Shown in pieces: positions 8,712 through 16,974 of a DNA stretch of 64,000 nucleotides. The translations under genes were made by a program, and so were the position numbers. Under the pieces are notes generated by a model that saw nothing but the letters and a program-made list of their open reading frames with translations, ran no database searches and was not told where the DNA came from. Origin of the DNA: an uncultured bacterium (GTDB lineage Bacteria > Actinomycetota > Acidimicrobiia > Spongiisociales > UBA5794); the NCBI GenBank assembly GCA_963801165.1, contig CAWDDT010000009.1, positions 192,001 to 256,000 on the forward strand, read 5' to 3'. How positions within the stretch are numbered: the first letter of the stretch is position 1; every line of letters starts with the position of its first letter.

Positions 8712-10661
8712 CTAGCTGGCTTCGTTCACGGCCGCAAACGAACCCGGATCGATGAGCGTGATCGTCTCTTGAGGAGCCCAGTCACGGTTCGACACGCCGA
8801 GGAGAAACTCCCGTATCCCCTCCGCGGATCCGCGCTCGGTGAGCCGTTCGAGGATCCTGGTCATGTCGAGGAGAGTCACGATACCCGGATAGCCCGGCTT
8901 TGTGACGTGGATCTTGTTGTGGTCGCTTTGCTCGAGGGGCTCAACCGAGAGTACCTCCGCTTTCTTCTCACCGGGTCTCGCCCCGGTGATCTGGACCTCG
9001 ATGTCGCGTCCGGGAACCAGGCCGGCGAGCCGGATCATGCGTCTGGCGAGGTCACCGATGCGGACCGGCTCGCCCATGTCGAGGACGAAGACCTCTCCGC
9101 CCCGGGACAAAGCCGAGACCTGGAGGACTAGCTGGACCGCCTCGCCGATCGTCATGAAGTAGCGGAGCATGTCGGGATCTGTGACCGTTACGGGACCACC
9201 CGCCCTGATCTGCCGCATGAACGTAGGAACGACGCTCCCCCGGGACCCGAGCACGTTGCCAAAGCGCACAACCGTGTGGTTGCAGTGACCGCCACTCTGT
9301 TCGGCCGCAGACTGAGTCAACATCTCCGCGATCCGCTTGGAGGCCCCCATCACACTTGTCGGGTGTACGGCTTTGTCGGTGGAGATGAGGACGAACTCTT
9401 CGACGCCGTACTCGCGGCAGGCATCGAGCACGTTCTTGGTCCCGAAGATGTTGGACTTCACGGCTTCGTCAGGGCAGGTCTCGAGGATCGGCACGTGCTT
9501 GTGAGCGGCCGCGTGGAACACGACGTGCGGCCGATATGTGCTGAAGATGTGGCCGAGACGCTTCTCGTCCCTGATGTCGCACAGTACCGGCTCGAGATCG
9601 GTTGGGTAGTCTTTCCATGTGAACTGCCCGTCGTGGAGATGAGTCTCGTCGTGGTCGACGGCGATGACCAGCTCGGGTGTGAAGCCGAGCACCTGGCGGA
9701 CGATCTCCGAGCCGATCGAGCCGCCTGCGCCGGTTATCAGGACCCTCTTGCCCGCAAGCAGCTGCTCGATGGGAGCGAGATCAGTGTCGACCTGTGGGCG
9801 GGGCAACAGGTCGGACACGGAGAGGTCCCTGACGTCTTGCAGCGTCCCGTCGGAGCTGAGGACGTCCTCGAGTTGGGGAATGATCCGGAGCCGGACATCG
9901 ATCTCGATGAACCGGTCGACGAGGTCCCTCAGCCGTGTCGGTTCGAGCTGTTCTGCGATCAGTACTTGCTGGATCTGGTGCTCGGTGACCACATCCTCGA
10001 TCTGGTCGAGGGTGCCGAGAACCGGAAGGTCCGCGATTCGCTTGGTCGTGCGGTGTCCGCCGACGGCGATCAGGCCGATGACCCGCATCGGTGTCTTGCC
10101 CTGTTTGCCGCTGCGGGCCAGGTTGGCTGCCGTCTTCCCCGTGCCGACGATGAGCGTTGGCTCGGACTTGACCATGCCGAGGGCATGCCGGAACGAGAAC
10201 ATGCGAGCACGAAAGCGCGCTGCACCCATGCCGCCGAGCGCCAGGATGCTGCCGAGGACGATCACACCGATAGGCACCAACCGGAGGTTGGCGTCGGTGA
10301 TTCTTTGCACGAACAAGATCGACGCCAACAGCAGTGATGCTGCGCCGGCGGATGCGAAGAAGAGGCGCATTGCCTCTTCGACCGAAGCGTACTCCCATTC
10401 GTGTCCGTACACGCCGGCGACGAAGTTTGCGGCGAGGTGGGTGAAGACCACGACCGGGAGCAGTACGACGAATCCAACGCGGTAATCGGCGACAGCGGCG
10501 GGGGCGTCGAGAGCACGAAGCGCGAGCGCGGCGGAATACGTCACGAGAACAGTGACGGCATCCATGGCCGCAAATGTCAGATCCGATCGCAGGCGAGCGG
10601 AAGCTCGTGCAAAACGGGTGCCGAATCGGCGACGACCGTCAACGTTGTTATTCCCTACCAT
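8712..10661 (-). CDS. Membrane-bound UDP-GlcNAc 4,6-dehydratase, PglF/CapD/WbpM family
   Basis: Four N-terminal TMs; TGAGGSIGSE, HAAAHKHVP, ISTDKAV, MGASK, VRFGNVLGSRGSV and RYFMTI motifs. Start could be GTG 10679. Confidence 0.92.
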   Translation of the reverse strand: MVGNNNVDGRRRFGTRFARASARLRSDLTFAAMDAVTVLVTYSAALALRALDAPAAVADYRVGFVVLLPVVVFTHLAANFVAGVYGHEWEYASVEEAMRLFFASAGAASLLLASILFVQRITDANLRLVPIGVIVLGSILALGGMGAARFRARMFSFRHALGMVKSEPTLIVGTGKTAANLARSGKQGKTPMRVIGLIAVGGHRTTKRIADLPVLGTLDQIEDVVTEHQIQQVLIAEQLEPTRLRDLVDRFIEIDVRLRIIPQLEDVLSSDGTLQDVRDLSVSDLLPRPQVDTDLAPIEQLLAGKRVLITGAGGSIGSEIVRQVLGFTPELVIAVDHDETHLHDGQFTWKDYPTDLEPVLCDIRDEKRLGHIFSTYRPHVVFHAAAHKHVPILETCPDEAVKSNIFGTKNVLDACREYGVEEFVLISTDKAVHPTSVMGASKRIAEMLTQSAAEQSGGHCNHTVVRFGNVLGSRGSVVPTFMRQIRAGGPVTVTDPDMLRYFMTIGEAVQLVLQVSALSRGGEVFVLDMGEPVRIGDLARRMIRLAGLVPGRDIEVQITGARPGEKKAEVLSVEPLEQSDHNKIHVTKPGYPGIVTLLDMTRILERLTERGSAEGIREFLLGVSNRDWAPQETITLIDPGSFAAVNEAS

Positions 10662-10844
10662 GCTGCTGGTACCCCCCACCAGTAACCCCCGTCAGTTGCA
10701 GGACCGGAAAAGTAGTGGCCCCTGTCCGATGGCGAAGGATGGTTGTCCCACGCACATCGTGACTAGTGAGAGTCTATAAGCGGTCCTGGCAATGGGGGAG
10801 GGATCCTTGTGATTCTGCGATGTGGCTAGATGAATAGCCCATGA

Positions 10845-11804
10845 CTAGTCAATCTTGCGGAGAAACCCCGCCTGCCAGGCCGCCGCAATGGCAATCAGCG
10901 CGCTACCGAGCAGGAGCGCGCACGCGGTCGTCGGCCCGGGTTCGGTAAGCGCCAGGCCAACGAGACAGGCGACCAGGATCGCTTGCGTCGCCGCTGCCGC
11001 GACCACCACCCTTCCCGTCGACCACCCCCGTTCTCGTAGCTGGTCGTACACATGGCTTCGATCTCCCGCAAACAGCGGTCGGCCGTTGCGCGCCCTTCGG
11101 AGGACGGTCACGGCGAGATCGATGACGAATATGCCGAGCAGTCCGGCGGTAACCAGCAACATCGAACCCGTGCCATGCGGTGTCGTCCGCAGGCCCCCGT
11201 ACGCCAGTGTCATCCCGACGGTATACGAGCCGTTGTCACCGAGAAAGATTCGTGCCTGCGGCCGGTTGAGCATGAGGAATCCCGCCAGAGCAGCTGCCAG
11301 GGTCGCCCCCAGCTCCCAGTCGCCCCGACCGGCGGCTCCGGCCCATACGACACCGAGCGCCGACACGAATGCGGTCGATCCGACAAGGGCGTCGAGACCG
11401 TCGAGGAGGTTGACTGCATTTATCGCAACCACAACCACGGCAATGCCAAAGACCACACCGGCAGGATTGCGAAGCCCGCTGTCCATGAGACCAACCAGGA
11501 CCGCCGCTGCAGCCAGCTCGGCGATGAGACGGAGCCTCGGGGCCAGATCGAACCTGTCATCGGCAAGACCCAATGCCAGAACCAGCGATGTTCCGGCAAT
11601 CAGCGACGTGTCGGCTGCTCCGAGGACGGCCATACCGACGTGGAGGCCAGTAAAAACCGCGACACCGCCGAGTAGGGGTGTCGGCCGTGTGTGTACCTTC
11701 AGGGCATTGCCCGGCCGATCGACCAGACCGACACGGGGACCGAGCCACATAGCGAGATACGACAAGGCCAATGCCGTGACGAAGGCAACCGCTACTCCCG
11801 CCAC
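10845..11804 (-). CDS. Polyprenyl-phosphate HexNAc-1-phosphate transferase, WecA/TagO (MraY family)
   Basis: KVH-RPTP-LGG, GLADD, NAVNLLDGLD, IFLGDNGS and DRSHVY motifs. Confidence 0.9.
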   Translation of the reverse strand: MAGVAVAFVTALALSYLAMWLGPRVGLVDRPGNALKVHTRPTPLLGGVAVFTGLHVGMAVLGAADTSLIAGTSLVLALGLADDRFDLAPRLRLIAELAAAAVLVGLMDSGLRNPAGVVFGIAVVVVAINAVNLLDGLDALVGSTAFVSALGVVWAGAAGRGDWELGATLAAALAGFLMLNRPQARIFLGDNGSYTVGMTLAYGGLRTTPHGTGSMLLVTAGLLGIFVIDLAVTVLRRARNGRPLFAGDRSHVYDQLRERGWSTGRVVVAAAATQAILVACLVGLALTEPGPTTACALLLGSALIAIAAAWQAGFLRKID

Positions 11805-13555
11805 GTCATCACCAGGGAAGGTTCGCCCTCGTGAACCTGGATGGTCCCGCTCGGAGTGAAACCGATCTTGCCGTAGGTGGCGATCGCCCCTGCGTTGCCG
11901 GCGCCAACGACGACCCGGACCGAACTTGCCCCCTTGTCGTGGAGTCGAGCCAGGAACTCATTGCCCAACCGCGTGCCGAGACCCCGCCCCCGCATGGCTT
12001 CCATCACCGCGGTGGCCAACAATTCCGCATCAGATGTGTCCGTCCCCTGCACCTGCGGACTGGATGTGTACCTCAGGCTCTCCCACACCCGTCTGCTGGT
12101 TTGCGGTTTCACAGCGCGAGGAAGGGCAGCGAGTGCGGCGCGCATCCCGTGGCGACGAATGAATTGTCGGTAGAAGGCACCGGTATCGAGCACACCTGCG
12201 ACGAATCCGACCGGACCGTGGCCGTCGTCGGCGACGAGTACCACCCCTTCGTCATAGGTGACGAGTGCTTCGTACAGGCGGGTCATGAACCGCATGCCGA
12301 GACTGGGGAGAAAGCCGGTGCTGATACCTTCGCTGTGAAGCCGGGCGAGCACGGTGGTGTCGGCGCTCGTTGCGTGGCGCAGCGCGATCTCGGTTTCGAC
12401 GTCCGGCGGTAGGCTCACGCCTTTCCGTCTGGCTACCCTCCGGTAGGCGTCGATGACCCTGGCGACTACCCGCCGCTCATCGAAGTGGTCGAGAGCCCGC
12501 TGGCGCCCTTCGCTCCCCATCCTGCCGCGCAGCCCGGGGTCGTCGCCGATGCGCCGGATGGCTGCCGCCAGGGCCTGGGGATCTCGCACCGGAACCAGCA
12601 GCCCGTTGCTCCCGTTGGCCACCACGTCACGACAGCCGCGGATATCCGTAGCGATAACTGGAAGGCCCATCGCTGCAGCCTCCATTGCGCTACGGGGGAA
12701 GCCCTCGCGGTGTGAGGGAAGGACGAAGATGTCCATCGCCCTGTAGAGCCTGTCGACGTCGGTTCGCATACCGAGGAAGCGGACGCCGTCTCGCTGCGCC
12801 TCTCCCACGAGCTGGCGCGGCAAGGCATCGGCTTTCTCCTCGTCGTCGGGTCCGATGCAGACGACGACATACCGGTCGTCGAGCGTGCGTGCGGCCTCGA
12901 GGAACTCCGGATACCCCTTCTCGGCGACCAGCCTTCCCACCATTCCGACCACTATCTGCCCAGGTCTTGCGCCGAGCTCGCGGCGGGCATGGAACCGCTC
13001 ATCTTCGGAGAACCGATCAGGATCAAACCGGGTCAGATCTACGCCGTTGCCCAGGTGGGCGATCCGGTTGGCCGGTGCGAGCCGGTACTTCCGCATCGTC
13101 GCCACGTCTTCTTCGCTCTGTACCAGCTCGGCGTCCGAGAACCGTGAGGCAATCGCCTCGAGTGTGTAGACCACCGCCCGCTTGGCCCGGCTGTCGTTCG
13201 CCGTCGCGTACAGACCGTGCACGGTGTTGATGACGATCGGCACACCGGCCAGCCTTCCGAGAACCCGACCGTACAGGCCGGGCTTCGGGTTGTGCGTGTG
13301 GAGGATGTCCGGCCGCTCCGCCCGGAGCACGCGCCAGAGTTGGGCGGCGGCCCTGAGGTCTGCGAGCGGATTCATACCCCGCGTCGATGAAGCAAGCGCC
13401 ACGTGGCGGATCCCGTCGGTCTCGAGCCCGTCCACCCATGGACCGGGAGCGCTTATGCCGACTGTCTCGATCCCGAGGTCCCGGGTGGCGGTCAGCTGGG
13501 GGAAGACCAGATAGCGCAGACTGAGATCGACCGTCGTCAGGTGGGCGACCTTCAC
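11792..13555 (-). CDS. GT4 glycosyltransferase (CapM/PglA-like) fused to a C-terminal GNAT domain
   Basis: First ~375 aa: HTHNPKPG, HREGFPRSAMEA. C-terminal ~200 aa: FLPSLG, AVMEAMRGRGLG, NAGAIATYGKIGF (GNAT motifs A/B). Confidence 0.88.
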   Translation of the reverse strand: MKVAHLTTVDLSLRYLVFPQLTATRDLGIETVGISAPGPWVDGLETDGIRHVALASSTRGMNPLADLRAAAQLWRVLRAERPDILHTHNPKPGLYGRVLGRLAGVPIVINTVHGLYATANDSRAKRAVVYTLEAIASRFSDAELVQSEEDVATMRKYRLAPANRIAHLGNGVDLTRFDPDRFSEDERFHARRELGARPGQIVVGMVGRLVAEKGYPEFLEAARTLDDRYVVVCIGPDDEEKADALPRQLVGEAQRDGVRFLGMRTDVDRLYRAMDIFVLPSHREGFPRSAMEAAAMGLPVIATDIRGCRDVVANGSNGLLVPVRDPQALAAAIRRIGDDPGLRGRMGSEGRQRALDHFDERRVVARVIDAYRRVARRKGVSLPPDVETEIALRHATSADTTVLARLHSEGISTGFLPSLGMRFMTRLYEALVTYDEGVVLVADDGHGPVGFVAGVLDTGAFYRQFIRRHGMRAALAALPRAVKPQTSRRVWESLRYTSSPQVQGTDTSDAELLATAVMEAMRGRGLGTRLGNEFLARLHDKGASSVRVVVGAGNAGAIATYGKIGFTPSGTIQVHEGEPSLVMTWRE

Positions 13556-14634
13556 AAGAGGGCTCCCGTGAGTAGTTGGTCAAAGCGGGCAATCGCCCGG
13601 TCCAGGCTGTAGTTGCTGCGAACGTGGTCACGCTGTTCCCCGCCCATGGCTTCGAGCAAGGCCCGATCGGCGGCGAGGCGCTCCACCGCGGCGACCATCG
13701 CGGACACGTCTCCCGGGGGGACGAGGATCCCGCTGGTCCCGTTGACCATGGTCTCGCCGGTGCCACCGACGTCGAACGCCACCGTGGGAACGCCTGCGGC
13801 TCCTGCCTCGAGCACGGCGCCGGGCAAGCCTTCGGTTCGTGATGTGAGCAGGAGGAGGTCTGCCCAGCGCAGGTGCGGGGTCACGTCCTCGACCGAACCC
13901 GTCAACTCGATGGTGACCCGCTCGGAGGTCTCGGCGCCCCACGCGGCGATCTCAGCCTCGAGCGGACCGGCGCCGACCAGCCGGAGATGGACGTCGTGGC
14001 TCTTTCCGATCTGGACGGCGACTTCGACGGCGGCGAGTGGGTCCTTCTCGGGCGAGAGGCTGCCGAGAAACAACATCTGAAGCTGCTCTAGGCGCGGCTC
14101 CGACGCCACGAAGAACTCGGGCGGCACGCCGGTCGGTGCGACGTGAACCCGATCGGGCGGGATGCCGAGATCCGAGACGAGCTGGCGCCCCGTCGTGGCG
14201 GAAACCGCCAGGATCGTGTCGGCTCTCCTGTGGAGAAATCGATTGAGGCGGAGGTGCCAATTCGACCTCATCCAATAGCGTGGCTCGCCGATGCTGCCGT
14301 AGGCCAGGATGGGCCGGTGGAGCAGCAAGGAGCGGGCGGCTACCGCATAGCGGAGCGTGGCGCCACCGTTGGCGAGGACGATCGCCGGTCTGGTCCGGGC
14401 CATGCGCCGTCGCAGCGACAGGACTGTGCTGACGTCAAACCTGGCCCGAGACTCGCCCCCGGTGAGCGTGATTGCGTCGACGACACGCTCGGTGTTTGCA
14501 CCCTGAATCGCAACGAAGTCCACATCCCATCCGAATGCAGGCAGCCCGGCGGCGAGTCGTTCTCCGAACACTTCGGCGCCGCGGCGGCGATTGCTGGCTA
14601 CCAGCAGCATCAGTGTCTTGCGTCCTGTGCTCAC
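13552..14634 (-). CDS. Glycosyltransferase family 4
   Basis: RRGAE, EKDP and EGLPGAVLEA motifs; stop overlaps the next GTG start; exact start uncertain. Confidence 0.9.
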   Translation of the reverse strand: MSTGRKTLMLLVASNRRRGAEVFGERLAAGLPAFGWDVDFVAIQGANTERVVDAITLTGGESRARFDVSTVLSLRRRMARTRPAIVLANGGATLRYAVAARSLLLHRPILAYGSIGEPRYWMRSNWHLRLNRFLHRRADTILAVSATTGRQLVSDLGIPPDRVHVAPTGVPPEFFVASEPRLEQLQMLFLGSLSPEKDPLAAVEVAVQIGKSHDVHLRLVGAGPLEAEIAAWGAETSERVTIELTGSVEDVTPHLRWADLLLLTSRTEGLPGAVLEAGAAGVPTVAFDVGGTGETMVNGTSGILVPPGDVSAMVAAVERLAADRALLEAMGGEQRDHVRSNYSLDRAIARFDQLLTGALL

Positions 14635-14785
14635 TTCTCCCACTCCGGACCGGGTCGGCGCCACGCTACAGGACACACCTCCGGCCCGCAGATCACGCGG
14701 GGACCCGAACCAATGTGAGTCAGACGGGAAGCTAGGCGGAGACCCTGGTTATGCTGCGGGCTCCGATGTCTCACTGGTGGGGTTC

Positions 14786-16192
14786 ATGAACAAGCACAGG
14801 GCTGCTGCCTTCTTCGTCGCATTACAGGTCATTCTCGCGGTCACTATGACTGTTCCGGTGGCCGCTCAGGAAGGCGGGACGAAGGACTGTTCCCAGACCT
14901 CGACGGGCCAGGTTCCCATCATGGACCTCGGAACCGACACGTACCAAGGTCAAGAAGGGGGGCTGTACCCGGGTGGCTCAAACGAGGTTCCCGCCGATCA
15001 CGAAGCGCTCGGTTTGTGGCGTGCCTCCCAGATCGTGCCGAGAGACGCCGCAGGCGACCCCGATCCCGGTGGGACCATCGTTCTCCTCTCGATTGGTGTC
15101 TCCAACACCAGGATGGAGTGGCAGAACCTTCGGCGACAAGCCGTGGATGCCGTTGCCCCGGATGTGACGATTGTCAACGGCTCTCAGCCCGGTGAGGACG
15201 TGAGCACGTGGCAAGACGTGGCGGGTGAACCCTGGATCGGTATCGAGGGTCTGCTGGCCAATAACGATGTCACTCCCGAGCAGGTGCAAGCAGCGTGGAT
15301 CATGCTGCCCGAGTCCGTCGACAGCGTCGCTGAGATCCCGCCGTTTCCCGAGGACGCCCAGACCTACCGTGATGAGCTCGCGGTCGTTGTGCGCAACGCC
15401 ATGGATCATTTTCCCAACCTTCAGGTCGCCTACCTGTCGAGCCGTATGTACGCCGGCTACAACACGACTGGACGGCCCAACCCGGAGCCGCTGGCCTACG
15501 AAGAGGGCTTCGGAGTCAAGTGGCTGATCGGCGATCAGATTGAAGGTGACCTGAGCCTCAATACCGACGAGCGGCGCGGCGAGGTCGAGGCGCCCTGGCT
15601 CGCCTGGGGCCCTTACACGTGGGCTGACGGTATGAGCCCGCGCAGCGACGGGCTGATCTGGGAATGCGACGACGTGCAAGACGACGGCATCCACCCCTCG
15701 CCGAGCGGTGGCGCCAAGATCGGGGCCATGCTGCTCGAGCACTTCACTACTGCGGCGACGGCGGCACCCTGGTTCTCGGGGGTCGGGGAGCCAATCGGTG
15801 CGGTGACGCTACCGCCGGTGGTCCCGGGTGTCACGACGACAACCGCCGAGACGCCGACCACATCGACTACTACTACCACCGCCGCGTCCGACGTCACTAC
15901 CACGACAGAGCGCAGCTTCTCCGGTTCGGATCGCCCCGGCCCGCCCGACCGTACCGACCGTGAGGCGGAGCGTGCCGCCCGGGCCGACGAGCGAACCGCA
16001 TCTCGATCCGACATGAGCTGGTTGGTCGGGACGGTAGCGGCATTGGCTCTGATACTTGCGCTGGTGGCGCTTGTTGGATCCAGAAGGCGGCGTCGCAATA
16101 GGGACGTGGCCTCGGACAGTACCGGCGGTGGCGGCGTGGCGAGCCCGGGCGATGGGCAGGTCGGGCCGACAGGCAGCAGCTACTCACCTTGA
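14786..16192 (+). CDS. Secreted SGNH/GDSL-like esterase or acyltransferase with Thr-rich stalk and C-terminal membrane anchor
   Basis: Signal peptide MNKHR...VAA; IGVSN (block I Ser), NGSQPG (block II), DGIHP (block V); Thr-rich linker; TM followed by RRRRR. Confidence 0.65.
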   Translation: MNKHRAAAFFVALQVILAVTMTVPVAAQEGGTKDCSQTSTGQVPIMDLGTDTYQGQEGGLYPGGSNEVPADHEALGLWRASQIVPRDAAGDPDPGGTIVLLSIGVSNTRMEWQNLRRQAVDAVAPDVTIVNGSQPGEDVSTWQDVAGEPWIGIEGLLANNDVTPEQVQAAWIMLPESVDSVAEIPPFPEDAQTYRDELAVVVRNAMDHFPNLQVAYLSSRMYAGYNTTGRPNPEPLAYEEGFGVKWLIGDQIEGDLSLNTDERRGEVEAPWLAWGPYTWADGMSPRSDGLIWECDDVQDDGIHPSPSGGAKIGAMLLEHFTTAATAAPWFSGVGEPIGAVTLPPVVPGVTTTTAETPTTSTTTTTAASDVTTTTERSFSGSDRPGPPDRTDREAERAARADERTASRSDMSWLVGTVAALALILALVALVGSRRRRRNRDVASDSTGGGGVASPGDGQVGPTGSSYSP

Positions 16193-16483
16193 GCCATGGC
16201 TGCCCGGGGAAAGCCATTGACGGAGCCTGGACGACCTGGCACTCTTGCGGCGCACAACTCAGGGAATGGGGGAGGCGGATGCCGTGACAGATGTGATCCT
16301 CCTCGGCAAGGCGCCCTGGTCGGCACTTCGGTGCTGGGGCGGTGGCCGGGATGACCCATCTGCTCGGCGTCGGGGCAAGCTCGATCGCCACGCAACCGCA
16401 CGCGGGAGATCTCGGCTCGATGGTCATCCTCCGGCGAGAGCGGCACGGATCACCCGTGGCGGGCGCACCTCACGCACATTCCG

Positions 16484-16558
16484 ATTGACCCAATCAATAT
16501 TCACCCGATAAACATTCACCCGATAAACATTCACCCGACAAGTATTCACCCAATCAAT
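16484..16558 (+). repeat. Five tandem AT-rich 15-bp repeats directly upstream of the carrier-protein RBS
   Basis: attgacccaatcaat / attcacccgataaac / attcacccgataaac / attcacccgacaagt / attcacccaatcaat, followed at once by AAGGAG (16559-16564) and ATG (16570). Confidence 0.95.
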
Positions 16559-16569
16559 AAGGAGCCATC

Positions 16570-16812
16570 ATGGCCGTTGAAGTCCGTCCGATCATCGCCG
16601 AGTACATAAAGAGCGAGTTCGCCTCCGGGAGCGAAGTCGACGTCGACTCGGTGAACCTATTGGAAGAGGAAATCATCGACTCGCTCGGGATCTTCACGCT
16701 GGTCAGCTTCATCGAGGACAAGTTCGGCGTGTCGGTCGAGCCCGAAGAAGTGAATCTGGACAACTTCGAGACCGTCGACGCTGTTACCAAGCTGGTGGAA
16801 GGAAAGCTCTAG
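16570..16812 (+). CDS. Stand-alone acyl/peptidyl carrier protein (PltL/RedO/AnaD-like role inferred)
   Basis: 80 aa, acidic; IIDSLGI phosphopantetheinylation site; NFETVD tail; strong RBS. Confidence 0.9.
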   Translation: MAVEVRPIIAEYIKSEFASGSEVDVDSVNLLEEEIIDSLGIFTLVSFIEDKFGVSVEPEEVNLDNFETVDAVTKLVEGKL

Positions 16813-16974
16813 AAGTGTGCTGGTTGATTCCAGTTCAGGCTTGACGCCCCGGTCGACAACCTCGAGACACCGGGCCGTCTGCGGGGCCTGCGCGGCGATC
16901 AATTACCGCCCCGCCAGCGGCTCGGGATCGTCGTCGCATTTAGCACCCGGCGCGAGCTACCCTCGGTGGCTGTC

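Noticed and set aside
15832-15906. Thr-codon repeats here and in the BMP, Wzc-like and 30809-31441 genes
   Set aside because: Ordinary low-complexity linkers of actinobacterial surface proteins.
16010-16192. Sortase (LPXTG) signal on the first SGNH-like protein
   Set aside because: TM and basic tail are present but no LPXTG-like motif precedes the TM; treated as a simple membrane anchor.
16193-16483. Short ORFs between the SGNH-like gene and the repeat array (e.g. 16245-16511)
   Set aside because: No recognisable motif or RBS; may be a decayed gene but cannot be supported.
16484-16558. CRISPR array or replication iterons
   Set aside because: Units are 15 bp and contiguous with no spacers; no cas or rep gene nearby.
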